Notes: generated by a model not told the origin, from the sequence alone. A stretch of 48,363 nucleotides of DNA from Laspinema sp. D2d (GCF_025370755.1 NZ_JAMXFC010000004.1:209505-257867); one strand, 5' to 3'; shown: positions 21,084-31,245, counted from the first letter of the stretch. Program-made: numbers and translations.

Positions 21084-21926
21084 CTACCAGCGATAACCAA
21101 CACCGATATAGCCAACGGGGAAGGGAATTACATCATCAAAGTAGTACAACCCTGCACCAATATTACCCCCAGCGTACCAGCCATTATCCCATTGATAATC
21201 GCCACCGATGGTCGCATAGGGTAACGCCAAGGCTAGGGTTCCTACCCCCCAGGATCCCGTAAACTGTCCGGGAACCGCAGGCTGAAAGTATTTTTTGTAG
21301 GAGACGCCGAGTGACAGGTTAATACCTAGGACGCTATCAACTCCCTCGCCGTCCATCCTCACCCATCCAAAGTTGGGTAAATCAAAACCGGCGCTGTAGC
21401 GATAATTGGGAAAACGAGCCTGAGCCAGATCCGATTCCGAGGGGGATTGCGCTTCGGTGTTTTCCGGAAGAATAGCGGCCTCCCTTACGAAGTCCTCTTT
21501 ATTAAAATCAATGGATAGTTCCAAATCCTCAAGAACTGCGGGGTCAGTTTCCGTCAGTGGCGCGATCGCCGTTTCCCCTTCTTCCTGAGTTGATAGTGCT
21601 TCCAGACCTATTTCCGGGGAAGATTGCACTTCGGTGGTTTCTGGAAGGATAGCGGCATCCTTTACGAAGTCCCCTTGATTAAAGTCTATGGACAGTTCAA
21701 AATCCTCAAGAACTGCGGGGTCAGTTTCCGTCAGTGGCGCGATCGCCGTTTCCCCTTCTTCCTGAGTCGGTTGTGCCTCCAGATCCATCGGCCAGTGCCT
21801 CTCCACACTGGGTTGCTCTGGGAGACTGGGATATTGTGCGGTAGCCGGTAGGGTCTGTTGGATTGCTAACCAAGGCAATACCATCAAAGCACTATATCCG
21901 GCCCATTTTTTCCTCACACCCATCAT
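21084..21926 (-). CDS. Secreted protein: signal peptide, acidic region with a 59-aa in-frame tandem duplication, and a Gly/aromatic beta-rich C-terminal domain ending in W (putative outer-membrane beta-barrel-type)
   Basis: Signal peptide MGVRKKWAGYSALMVLPWLAIQQTLPATA. The duplicated module is QEEGETAIAPLTETDPAVLED(F/L)ELSIDFN. The C-terminus GWYAGGNIGAGLYYF...VGYIGVGYRW is paralogous to the C-terminus of the 22368-23163 ORF. Confidence 0.7.
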   Translation of the reverse strand: MMGVRKKWAGYSALMVLPWLAIQQTLPATAQYPSLPEQPSVERHWPMDLEAQPTQEEGETAIAPLTETDPAVLEDFELSIDFNQGDFVKDAAILPETTEVQSSPEIGLEALSTQEEGETAIAPLTETDPAVLEDLELSIDFNKEDFVREAAILPENTEAQSPSESDLAQARFPNYRYSAGFDLPNFGWVRMDGEGVDSVLGINLSLGVSYKKYFQPAVPGQFTGSWGVGTLALALPYATIGGDYQWDNGWYAGGNIGAGLYYFDDVIPFPVGYIGVGYRW

Positions 21927-22367
21927 AAGCCCTCCAAATTCATCAATAAACGTGAATTATTTTGCTTTGTTTTTGCATGAGTTCGGGTTTATAAAAAGTA
22001 AATTGGATTGGAAATGAATTGGCGATTGAACGCCAGAAATTCTTGAGAATAAAGCACCGAGATATTCCCCATAAATCCGCGTGTTCCATAAACCGCGAAA
22101 TCCACAAACTCAAAGCAAAAACTCTTAGCAATCTGCCATTCCAGGGCAAAAATTGGATAACCCAGAAGGGCAGATACTAAAACATTGTTAATGTAATCCA
22201 TCCCACTCCAAGATGCAATCTTCCCTGAGATGTATTTTCTTTGTTATGTAAACAAAACTTAACAAATAGTGGAAGGAGGAATACTACGCTTTTACTGAAG
22301 ATGGAGGGAAAGGGCGATCGCTGATTCCGATCACGAACCTATCGGAAAGGGGTTACGGCAAAGGCAT

Positions 22368-23163
22368 TTAAAACCGATACCCTCCGCCAACAAAGATTCC
22401 CACTTCAACCTCCTCAACATACCCAACATTTAAGGCAGCGTTAGCGACAAATCGGTCAAATAAGACTCGATCAATTCCCACCGTGCCAAAAAATCCAATG
22501 AAATTATCCTCATCCGTTGAAAGCGCAATGCCACTGCCGATATAAGGCGCAAGATCGACTTGTAAGCTATCGTCCGTATCCGCAAAGGGAAAGTCAATGG
22601 TGACCGGGACAAGCAGCATCAAGTCTTCTCCAAATAACAGGGAAGGACGGACAGACACTTGCTCGGCGAGGCCAATTTTACTTGTTAAGGCAAAACTTCC
22701 ACCTCCCAGGGGACTAGCATCATCACTTAACCCAACATTAATGGCAGCACCGATATAGTTACCCACGCCCCGACTGGTTCGACCCAGTTCAATATCGTTA
22801 TTTCGTTGAGCCAAAACCGGATGATTTTCCGCTTCAGTCGCAGGGTTTTGGGGAACGGTTTGCTGGTCGGGGATCCTGAAGTAATGGGGGGTGGCGATCG
22901 CTGTTGTTCCCGTCAATAATTCCGCCACATTTCCCGATTCAGTCGCGAGTAATGGCGGTGGATTTCCCCCCTCAGATTGGACTTCCCAGGAGAGCGGTTG
23001 AACGAAGGTATCCTCCGGCAACTGAGCGATCGCCTTTAACCCCAATTCCCTAGCCATATCTCCTGAGAATGATTCAGCCATCGCTTTTTTTGGACCACTC
23101 CCGCCCGGGAGAGCCATCAGACCCAATAAAAAAATACCCGTTGCGATCGATAGAAACTTCACA
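22368..23163 (-). CDS. Secreted beta-rich protein, a paralog of 21084-21926 in its C-terminal domain (start taken at the GTG after a GGAG RBS)
   Basis: Signal peptide (M)KFLSIATGIFLLGLMALPGG. The C-terminus ...NVGYVEEVEVGIFVGGGYRF ends in an aromatic residue. The ORF track extends to 23186. Confidence 0.65.
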
Positions 23164-23353
23164 ATTACTCCTAATAGGTACTTCAATGTTAAATGGGAGA
23201 AATTTTATTCTGAAAAGCCAAATTCAGCTTTAACGAATGCATCGCCCTCCGCAGACCCCCCCAGAACCTGACTCCGCGCCCAACCCAGGCGATCGCCTTG
23301 AGCTTGCACCCAGAACATCCTCACCCCCAAAAAACGCCAAAACCAGTCCCGTG

Positions 23354-24316
23354 TTACAGTGAACCCACCGCACTGGCAACTTGTTGGGAAACAAAAGGCA
23401 AAATCGCTTCATTTTTGCTGTGCGCCTTCCCTTCGGTAAAGACCACCAATAAATAAGGGCGCTGTTCCGGTAATTCAATATAAGCTGCATCGTGGCGAAC
23501 TGTACTGGTTAAACCAGCTTTAGACCAAATCCGACTCTGGCGATCGAGACCCGCACCCAAAAACCCGGTTACTTGATTTTCCGGGTCCTCCGCCAGGTCC
23601 TCGGGTTCTAGCGATCGCTTCATTAACTTCATCATCGCCGTAGTCGCTTTCGCCGAAACCGCTACCCCACCGACAATACTATGCAAGAGCCGTGCCGTCG
23701 CATTGGTGGTCAGCATATTGCGATTTTCCATTAACTCTCCCAGGAAAACCCGCTCGCGACCATAAGCCCCATCACACCAGGTTTTGTGATTAACATTGAT
23801 GGATTCCAATTCCGGCCATCCCAGAGACTGAAAGTAGCGATTGACTAAATTGCGCTGGTGCTTCCAGGTTTCAAACGGTCCTGGGGACAATTCTGGACCA
23901 CTGGTGGTCCCGGTTAACACATCCACCACCAGACTCGTGGCATCATTGCTGGAGTCCACAATCATATCTCGGATGGCCCGTTCTAACTCGGGGGACGTCT
24001 GAATCATCTCTTTTTCAATCCATTCATAGACCGCAACGAGATAGAACAGCTTGACCACACTGGCGGGATAAATCCGTTCCACGCCACGATAGTTAAATCC
24101 GCGAACAGGATGGTCCCAAAATGCATCGGGACTCAGGGCACCGCCAGTATTCACCGATACGGGTGGGTCATAAACCACCCAGGTCATTGCCAGTTGGTTG
24201 CGGTTTAATTGGGGGAATTGCTCCCAGGTTGCCGCTAGAATGCGATCGCCTAGGGTTTCGAGTTGCTCGTCTTTGCGGAAAAATGTCATGGTTCTCTCTG
24301 CGGTTGTTTGATTCAA
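23354..24316 (-). CDS. Class A beta-lactamase-like serine hydrolase
   Basis: SxxK motif (ASVVKL) at about residue 75, an SDN-like (DSSND) element, and a C-terminal KAG-type (SKAG) triad. Confidence 0.75.
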   Translation of the reverse strand: MNQTTAERTMTFFRKDEQLETLGDRILAATWEQFPQLNRNQLAMTWVVYDPPVSVNTGGALSPDAFWDHPVRGFNYRGVERIYPASVVKLFYLVAVYEWIEKEMIQTSPELERAIRDMIVDSSNDATSLVVDVLTGTTSGPELSPGPFETWKHQRNLVNRYFQSLGWPELESINVNHKTWCDGAYGRERVFLGELMENRNMLTTNATARLLHSIVGGVAVSAKATTAMMKLMKRSLEPEDLAEDPENQVTGFLGAGLDRQSRIWSKAGLTSTVRHDAAYIELPEQRPYLLVVFTEGKAHSKNEAILPFVSQQVASAVGSL

Positions 24317-24411
24317 AAGTTAGAAGTCAGAATCAATTATTCTCTCTTCTAGCGACTTTCCTACGGCAGTCGCGTTACTGTGCCTTAACAATTAAGCCTT
24401 GATTTCTAACT

Positions 24412-25137
24412 ATGGTTTCTCTGAGTCAGCTTCAATTTAATCTAGCTTCTAAAGGGTCCGATGCACCGCAATATCGATGCCGAGTCGATCTCAATCTGTA
24501 TGATTCCCCCCAGTGCGAGGCCCTGGCAACCCAGGCATCCGAGGGCCGTCTGCTGAAAATTGTCCTCCCTCCGTCGGAGGGGGCTGTAGAGGTCAAATTA
24601 TGTGAAGATGACTATCCCGGATGGGTAGCACTCACGGATTTGGAGCATCTGGACTTAGCCGAGTCCCCTTACCAGGCGATCGCCCGGGACCGGACCCAAA
24701 TAGAACCCCAAATCCCCGCTATCATTGCCTTTACCCACCAGGCCATGAGCGTCCCTAATGAGTATCTGTGGGGAGGAACCGTCCCCCCCAACTATGACTG
24801 TTCTGGGTTAATGCAGGCCGCCTTCCGCACTGCTGAAGTTTGGTTACCTCGGGATGCCTATCAACAGGAAGCCTTTACCCAACCTATTCCCCTGGAGGAA
24901 TTACAGGCGGGGGATCTCGTCTTTTTTGGAACCCCAGAAAAAGCCACTCATGTGGGTCTTTATCTCGGCGAAGGTCGTTATATCCACAGTTCCGGGAAAA
25001 AAGTAGGGCGCAACGGCATCGGCATCGATGTCCTCTCCGCAAACAGCGATGATCCCGTCAGTCGTTGCTATTATCAACAACTCCGAGGTGCAGGGCGAGT
25101 TTTAAGGAGTTATTTGCCCCAAGACTCGGAAATCTAA
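24412..25137 (+). CDS. SH3b-NlpC/P60 (C40) cell-wall peptidase
   Basis: An N-terminal SH3b-like beta domain, then the catalytic Cys in YDCSGLMQAAF and downstream HVGLYLGEGRYIHSSG (His). Confidence 0.85.
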   Translation: MVSLSQLQFNLASKGSDAPQYRCRVDLNLYDSPQCEALATQASEGRLLKIVLPPSEGAVEVKLCEDDYPGWVALTDLEHLDLAESPYQAIARDRTQIEPQIPAIIAFTHQAMSVPNEYLWGGTVPPNYDCSGLMQAAFRTAEVWLPRDAYQQEAFTQPIPLEELQAGDLVFFGTPEKATHVGLYLGEGRYIHSSGKKVGRNGIGIDVLSANSDDPVSRCYYQQLRGAGRVLRSYLPQDSEI

Positions 25138-25322
25138 AGCGTCGAAATCTTAATATTCTTTAACAAACTGGGGAAAAATCATTAGCATAAAAGAGGGGGC
25201 GGCAGATTGCGGCCTCCTCGCGCATCGGGACCCGATGAGATCCCACAGACAAGAGACGGGGTTTTTGGCCCTTTCTGGGTGGCTATCAAAGGCAGAAATG
25301 TGGTCAAAATATCCGGTTTGTC

Positions 25323-26651
25323 TTGTCGTTACTCGACCGATGCCCGAGCTCAGTCATTTGTTGCAGTGGAAGAAAAGGAACCAAGGTTTTGAAGGTATTT
25401 TTAGAGATAGAGCCGCAGCGTCGTCATAGCCTGTTGGGATTATTTGCGGCAGGCTTATTATTTTGGTCTTCTCTGGCTTCATTGCTGCCCACACTGCCGC
25501 TTTATGTCGAGCATATCGGGGGAACCAAAGGACAAATCGGGTTGGTCATGGGGGCATTTGCCCTGGGGTTACTCCCTTCCCGGGCTTGGTTAGGACCCCT
25601 GAGCGATCGCCGGGGTCGGAAAATTGTATTACGCTTGGGGACCCTTGTGGCAACGATCGCCCCGTTAGGATATCTCTTCGTCGATTCCATTCCCCTGTTG
25701 ATGGCATTACGGGCATTTCACGGCATTAGTATCGCTGCTTTTACCACGGCTTATAGTGCCTTAATCACCGATTTAGCCCCCGATCGCAATCGGGGCGAAT
25801 TGATTGGATATATGAGTTTGGTCAATCCTTTAGGGGTTGCCATTGGACCCGCCCTCGGAGGGTTTTTATTGGAAGCTGCCGGTTACCCACCCCTCTTTGT
25901 CATGGCATTTGGATTGGGACTACTCAGCTTCCTGTTACTCTATTTCGTCAGTGAACCTCTACGGGAGGATTTAAGCGCCCCCGCACTGGGCAAAGACTCG
26001 GAAAATCCCACCGCCAAAGCCGATTCGTTTTGGGGGCTGTTATGGAGTCCTCGGGTCCGAATTCCCTCCCTAGTCATGCTGCAAATTGGGTTAGTCTTTG
26101 GATTGGTAGCGACCTTTGTCTCTTTGTTTATTAAGGAGACAGTCAGTGATTTTAATCCGGGATGGTTTTATACCGCAGCAGCTATTGTGAGTTTTAGTAT
26201 GCGTCTGCTCACGGGTCGCGCCTCGGACCGTTACGGACGCGGACTCTTTATCTCCGGGGGTTTGCTGGCGTACTGTGTGGCAATGGTTTTGCTGTGGACT
26301 GCCCAGGATAGCCGGGATTTTTTACTGGCTGGGGCGGTAGAAGGATGTGGTGCCGGAATGTTTCTGCCGATGATGGTGGCCCTCGTTGCAGACCGCTGTG
26401 CACCCAAGGAACGGGGGCGATTGTTTGCGCTGTGTATTGGCGGGTTTGATTTGGGGATTGCTCTAGCGGGACCCATTGTGGGGGTTTTGGCAGAAGATAT
26501 AGGCTATCGAAATATTTTCGCGATCGCCTCGGTGCTGGCGTTCTTAGCCTTGGGGATTTTTCTCACCCAGTCCAATATGAATTTACGCCACTCGGTGAAG
26601 TTTGCCCTCGGTCGCGATCGCGACCTCTATGCCCTGCAAAAATCCTCCTGA
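25323..26651 (+). CDS. MFS transporter (12 TM). The true start is probably downstream of 25323.
   Basis: Twelve hydrophobic helices. MFS-like GRxxDRxGRK motif (LSDRRGRKIV) between TM2 and TM3. The first roughly 35 codons are non-hydrophobic and overlap other frames. Confidence 0.8.
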   Translation: MSLLDRCPSSVICCSGRKGTKVLKVFLEIEPQRRHSLLGLFAAGLLFWSSLASLLPTLPLYVEHIGGTKGQIGLVMGAFALGLLPSRAWLGPLSDRRGRKIVLRLGTLVATIAPLGYLFVDSIPLLMALRAFHGISIAAFTTAYSALITDLAPDRNRGELIGYMSLVNPLGVAIGPALGGFLLEAAGYPPLFVMAFGLGLLSFLLLYFVSEPLREDLSAPALGKDSENPTAKADSFWGLLWSPRVRIPSLVMLQIGLVFGLVATFVSLFIKETVSDFNPGWFYTAAAIVSFSMRLLTGRASDRYGRGLFISGGLLAYCVAMVLLWTAQDSRDFLLAGAVEGCGAGMFLPMMVALVADRCAPKERGRLFALCIGGFDLGIALAGPIVGVLAEDIGYRNIFAIASVLAFLALGIFLTQSNMNLRHSVKFALGRDRDLYALQKSS

Positions 26652-26662
26652 CCCAATGAACC

Positions 26663-26716
26663 AAAAATTTGGGGTGCTGAATTAGATTAAGCTAATTCAG
26701 CACCCCAAATTTGTTT
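26663..26716. terminator. Bidirectional terminator: perfect 22-bp inverted repeat AAAAATTTGGGGTGCTGAATTAG/CTAATTCAGCACCCCAAATTTGTTT
   Basis: Lies between the MFS stop (26651) and the convergent tRNA-Arg, flanked by A-run and T-run. Confidence 0.85.
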
Positions 26717-26728
26717 AGAGTTTAAAAA

Positions 26729-26802
26729 CGGGCTAGGAGGGATTCGAACCCCCGACACCGTGGTCCGTAGCCACGTGCTCTAGTCCACTGAGCTACAAGC
26801 CC
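26729..26802 (-). tRNA. tRNA-Arg (anticodon ACG)
   Basis: Reverse complement GGGCTTGTAGCTCAGTGGACTAGAGCACGTGGCTACGGACCACGGTGTCGGGGGTTCGAATCCCTCCTAGCCCG. Anticodon loop cuACGga, T-loop TTCGAAT. There is one U-U mismatch in the acceptor stem. Confidence 0.85.
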
Positions 26803-26838
26803 TTACCGCTTAATCATACTAACACAGGCTTTTGGAAA

Positions 26839-27357
26839 ATGAAACCCCCTTTTCAAAAAAATTCTGAAAATTCCCCAAACCCTTATCAGTTAAGCCATTT
26901 GGACGCTGAAGGACAAGCGCGAATGGTGGATGTGTCAGAAAAAGCAGTTACCCTTCGGCAGGCGATCGCCTTGGGACAAGTCCGGATGGATCGCGCAACT
27001 TTTGACCAAATTCAAGCCGGGAATGCCCCCAAAGGAGATGTCTTAGGAACAGCGAGACTGGCGGGAATTTTAGGTGCTAAACAAACCTCGGGGTTGATTC
27101 CCTTGTGTCATCCCTTACCCTTGCACAAAATTGATGTTGAGATTTTGCCCGACGAGGAACTTCCCGGCTATCGGATTCTCGCCGAAGTCAGGACCAAAGC
27201 CGAAACTGGGGTAGAAATGGAAGCCTTAACGGCAGTCTCCGTGGCGGCACTGACCCTTTATGACATGGCAAAAGCGTTATCGAAGGCGATCGCCATTGAA
27301 AGCATTCGCCTAGAAAGCAAGACTGGGGGCAAATCGGGAGACTATCAAGCCGATTAA
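26839..27357 (+). CDS. moaC: Cyclic pyranopterin monophosphate synthase accessory protein MoaC
   Basis: [18 protein letters not shown]...[10 protein letters not shown]...[31 protein letters not shown] matches MoaC throughout. About 13 extra N-terminal residues may reflect a later start. Confidence 0.9.
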   Translation: MKPPFQKNSENSPNPYQLSHLDAEGQARMVDVSEKAVTLRQAIALGQVRMDRATFDQIQAGNAPKGDVLGTARLAGILGAKQTSGLIPLCHPLPLHKIDVEILPDEELPGYRILAEVRTKAETGVEMEALTAVSVAALTLYDMAKALSKAIAIESIRLESKTGGKSGDYQAD

Positions 27358-27884
27358 AACGCTTTGGGAGTGGCATAAGGTTTGAGGACCTGCTCACCGA
27401 GGGTCACCAATTGTTGGGACCCTTCAATCATCAACAAATACCCGCCCTGGCGCAGATGATGATGATAAACTCCCACCGTGGAACCCTCGCCCAAAAAGCC
27501 AATTAACCCGCCCACCACCCCTCCCAAAACAGCGGCGATCGCCACCCCGCCCGGAATGAGCAACAGCGGGTTAAACCCCAGGGGGTTAATCAGTTCCAGG
27601 TGTAAAGCCAAAACCAATCCCGAACCCACCAGGAACCCCATTGTGGCAAACACCACTAAAAAACGGCGAGCTTGGTCCACCGCAATTTGCATCGGTTCTA
27701 ATAAACCCACACGAGCCGGAGAACTGTACCCTTCACCGACAATCGCCAGATGCTCCGGGGAAATCCCGTGATACTGTAAGAGTCGATAGGCGTCAAAAGT
27801 CGCTGCTTCATTAGCTAAGGGAATGATTGCCAGAGCGGTCTGGCGATTGCGAGAATGTTGCCGGAGTAAGCGCGAAGGAATCAC
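27354..27884 (-). CDS. Hypothetical membrane protein with an N-terminal soluble segment and a C-terminal Gly-zipper TM region; possibly YflT/general-stress-like
   Basis: GxxxG-rich helices ([23 protein letters not shown]). Overlaps the moaC stop by 4 nt in convergent orientation. Family assignment is uncertain. Confidence 0.5.
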   Translation of the reverse strand: MIPSRLLRQHSRNRQTALAIIPLANEAATFDAYRLLQYHGISPEHLAIVGEGYSSPARVGLLEPMQIAVDQARRFLVVFATMGFLVGSGLVLALHLELINPLGFNPLLLIPGGVAIAAVLGGVVGGLIGFLGEGSTVGVYHHHLRQGGYLLMIEGSQQLVTLGEQVLKPYATPKAF

Positions 27885-28194
27885 AAAGCTGCTGGGGTGG
27901 TTGGGGTGGTGAAGGTTGCTACTTGCATTTTATCCTGTGTTTTTTGAACTAAGACTGGGGAAAAATCTTCTTTCTCCCTGGGAATAGGGAATTCATCCGG
28001 TAATCCCTTGGGGAAATGGATGGAAGAGCGCCCTAGTTTTGAAGCGTGTTAACAAATCTTGGCGAAAACCCAATGATCGGCAACTGCAATGAGGGGCGAT
28101 CGCTGATTGATTCGAGGTAGGGAAGACTTACAATTTTAGAAGTACAAGCCCGGGCCAAAACCCGAGCGACTTCAGTTCAAAAAACAGGTAATCT

Positions 28195-28446
28195 ATGCCT
28201 CCTCGTTGGCCTCGTCAACCCGATCGCAGCGAACCGGATTACCGGAAACTCGACGATCGCATGAATTTCGCCGTCCATGTCGCCCTGTTCGCGGCGAGCA
28301 ATTCCGGCCTCTGGTTTTTCCGCGCATGGCAATCTTCCCCCTGGACCTGGACCCCTTGGCTCACCAGCGCTTGGCTACTGCTGTTAATCGCTCATGGGGT
28401 GTATATTTTCGCAATTGCAAACTATTCCGAAAAATCTAATGGCTAA
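28195..28446 (+). CDS. Small 2-TM membrane protein (2TM-domain-like)
   Basis: A basic N-terminus is followed by two hydrophobic helices (NFAVHVALFAASNSGLWFF; WLLLLIAHGVYIFAIANY). Its stop overlaps the start of the next ORF in ATGGCTAA. Confidence 0.55.
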   Translation: MPPRWPRQPDRSEPDYRKLDDRMNFAVHVALFAASNSGLWFFRAWQSSPWTWTPWLTSAWLLLLIAHGVYIFAIANYSEKSNG

Positions 28447-28750
28447 TTCCAGTAACACTGAAAAAATAGAAGCCCTGGCTGCTCAGATTGCCGATCGCGT
28501 TTATATCGATGTCGCCAAATGGCGTCTGCGCTTAGATGACGCTCATCTGCACACCCTCGTGGCTGAACAACTCTATCCCTTAGTCAGCGACAATGCCGCT
28601 ATCAATGAATCCGACGTCAGCAAAGTGCTTGCGGGAATCAACGTTAATCTCGGTGGCGGACGGCGACAAATTCCCCTAATTGATCTGATTCCCACCGGAG
28701 AACAAATGGACCTCCTCCGCATTTTAGAAGAGTTTCAGCGCGAACTTTAA
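28439..28750 (+). CDS. Hypothetical soluble protein (103 aa), translationally coupled to the preceding ORF; start taken at MANSSNTEK
   Basis: A clean ORF with no compositional bias. The ORF track lists an N-extended form from 28394 that overlaps the upstream gene. Confidence 0.55.
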   Translation: MANSSNTEKIEALAAQIADRVYIDVAKWRLRLDDAHLHTLVAEQLYPLVSDNAAINESDVSKVLAGINVNLGGGRRQIPLIDLIPTGEQMDLLRILEEFQREL

Positions 28751-28931
28751 TCCTTCAGCATCGACACAGACCACTAGAACCCGACTCCACAAGAGCTTTA
28801 CCCCCAGTGGGGCGCTTGAGGAAAACATCCCTCGGGGGCATTTTTGGCCCCTGGGTCACTTTCTGACCTGAGCCGTATTTCTCAGGTCCAAATCAGGGTT
28901 TTGCGATCGGGAATCCAGCCTCACCAGGAAA

Positions 28932-29444
28932 ATGAGATTCATGAAAACACCCTCTAAAGTTTATTTGATCCGGCACGGGATCGCCGAAAACCGGGTAGAG
29001 AATGCCCCCGATGAGAAGCGCCAGCTAACCAAGGAGGGAGTTGAAAAAACCCGGAAAGTAGCCAACCGTCTGCATCATTTGAATATTCATTTCGATCTGA
29101 TTTTGACCAGTCCTCTGCTTAGGGCAAAGCAAACGGCTGATATTCTCCAAACCGCTGGTCTCGGTCAACAGATTAAAGAATCTACTTCCCTGGTTCCGAA
29201 TGGGGATATCAATAACTGGCTCAACTGGTATCAGCAATGGCGTCAAAATGGCGGGCATTGTTTGGCCCTCGTCGGACATCAGCCGGATCAGGGGAACTGG
29301 GCCGAAATTTTGGTGTGGGGAGAACCCAAAGAAGGACTGATCCTCAAAAAAGCTGGGGTGATTGGTTTGGTCCTCCCAGAAACCGGGGATCCCGTGGGGA
29401 ATAGTTCCCTATTTTGGCTAACCTCTCCCAAATTATTGCTATAA
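28932..29444 (+). CDS. sixA: Histidine phosphatase family protein (SixA-like phosphohistidine phosphatase)
   Basis: N-terminal RHG motif (VYLIRHGIAE) and a later H (LVGHQP), typical of the SixA/PGAM branch. An alternative start ATG lies at 28941. Confidence 0.75.
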   Translation: MRFMKTPSKVYLIRHGIAENRVENAPDEKRQLTKEGVEKTRKVANRLHHLNIHFDLILTSPLLRAKQTADILQTAGLGQQIKESTSLVPNGDINNWLNWYQQWRQNGGHCLALVGHQPDQGNWAEILVWGEPKEGLILKKAGVIGLVLPETGDPVGNSSLFWLTSPKLLL

Positions 29445-29689
29445 CCTGAATGGCTGATTCGTTATGGGTTACCTAAATCAACAGTTCATAACGAATTATT
29501 TCCCACTCCCTCGGGCTTGATTTCTGCACTCAAAGGGCTGAAAATGCTGATATCAGAACCTTTTATCCTCTTAGGCCCTGATCATTTTCCGGGCTGGGCA
29601 TCCTAAAGGATTTTTGGAAAAGCAGGAACAGTCCAAGCAGATCTGATAAGTTAGCTTGAAGAGATCTAATTACAGCGAAGGCTAAACCT

Positions 29690-30847
29690 ATGACTGTCGC
29701 GGACGAACTAAAGACCGGTTTTGAATTTAAGCCCGGGTTAGAAGGCGTTCCGGTCACCCTATCCAGTATCAGTTTCGTGGATGGGAAGAAAGGAATTTTG
29801 GAATATCGCAATATTCCCATCGAAGAGCTGGCCCTCAAAAGCACCTTTCTGGAAACCTCCTATTTATTGATCTGGGGGGAACTCCCGACCCAGGATGAAC
29901 TCGATGCATTTGAGAAGGAAATTCGCTATCACCGCCGCATTAAATATCGCATTCGGGACATGATGAAATGCTTTCCTGAAAGCGGTCACCCGATGGACGC
30001 CCTACAAGCCTCAGCTGCTGCCCTCGGCTTATTCTATTCCCGTCGGGCTTTGGACGATCCAGCCTATATTCGCGCTGCTGCGGTCCGGTTGTTGGCAAAA
30101 ATTCCGACAATGGTGGCGGCATTCCAAATGATGCGGAAAGGGAATGACCCGATTCAACCTCGGGACGATTTGGACTATTCGGCCAACTTTCTACATATGC
30201 TGACCGAACAAGAGCCAGACCCCTTAGAGGCTCGCGTATTGGACATCTGCCTGACGCTTCATGCAGAACATACTATCAATGCTTCGACCTTTTCGGCCCG
30301 GGTGACGGCTTCCACCTTGACGGACCCCTACGCGGTGGTAGCCTCAGCGGTGGGAACTCTGGCAGGTCCTTTACATGGAGGGGCCAATGAAGAAGTGATT
30401 GATATGCTGGAGGCCATTGGCTCGGTTGAAAATGTCCGACCCTACATTGAAAATTGTCTGAAGACTAAATCTAAGATTATGGGGTTTGGTCACCGGGTCT
30501 ACAAAGTTAAGGATCCCCGAGCGATTATCCTGCAAAATCTCGCTGAACAATTGTTTGAGAAGTTTGGCCGGGATAATTATTATGATATTGCTGTAGAGCT
30601 GGAGCGAGTGGTGGAGGAAAAACTCGCTTACAAAGGCATTTATGCCAATGTGGACTTTTACTCGGGTCTGGTTTATCGCAAGTTGGGGATTCCTACGGAT
30701 TTGTTTACGCCGATCTTTGCGATTTCCCGGGTGGCGGGTTGGTTGGCTCACTGGAAAGAGCAACTGGGAGAAAACCGGATTTACCGTCCCACCCAAATTT
30801 ATACGGGAACTCATAACGCGCCTTATATTCCGATCGCTGAACGTTAA
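29690..30847 (+). CDS. gltA: Citrate synthase
   Basis: Citrate synthase signature GFGHRVYKVKDPRA and catalytic His/Asp context (LHAEHTINASTF ... VDFYSG). Confidence 0.95.
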   Translation: MTVADELKTGFEFKPGLEGVPVTLSSISFVDGKKGILEYRNIPIEELALKSTFLETSYLLIWGELPTQDELDAFEKEIRYHRRIKYRIRDMMKCFPESGHPMDALQASAAALGLFYSRRALDDPAYIRAAAVRLLAKIPTMVAAFQMMRKGNDPIQPRDDLDYSANFLHMLTEQEPDPLEARVLDICLTLHAEHTINASTFSARVTASTLTDPYAVVASAVGTLAGPLHGGANEEVIDMLEAIGSVENVRPYIENCLKTKSKIMGFGHRVYKVKDPRAIILQNLAEQLFEKFGRDNYYDIAVELERVVEEKLAYKGIYANVDFYSGLVYRKLGIPTDLFTPIFAISRVAGWLAHWKEQLGENRIYRPTQIYTGTHNAPYIPIAER

Positions 30848-31245
30848 GGCGATCGCGACGGCATAGCGCAACTCTAGGCTGGAGGGACCTCTACTCAAGG
30901 GTGGGGTCTGGGTCCTGATTTTTCCTTCTAGCCGCGATCGCCACCCTTGCCCTTAGATTCTCACAATCTGAGGGTTTTTTGTTGGGTAACTCTGCGCCCC
31001 AAATAACCAACCCCGTTCCCAGCCCTAAAGCCGGAATTCTTGCCAACCCGCAGCAGCATCAACCCGATCGCGATCGCTCCAATAGCGATCGCCCCTTGAC
31101 CCTTTCCCTACCCTCCCCAGAAGGCCATCCTCTTCCTGAAAGACTGAAACTCAAGTCTCTCCCAGAGTTCTGGCGTCCATCGAGCGTTATACTGTTATTG
31201 CATTTAACCGAGTCGTAAGAAATCTTCACACTCTCAATAGGAAGC

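Noticed and set aside
25207-25429. Two small ORFs overlapping the MFS transporter 5' region
   Set aside because: Out-of-frame overlaps of the MFS leader. They more likely mean the MFS start is mis-set upstream than that extra genes exist.
30848-30960. Terminator after citrate synthase
   Set aside because: Only a weak 5-bp stem with a long loop before the T-run, so not confident enough to list.
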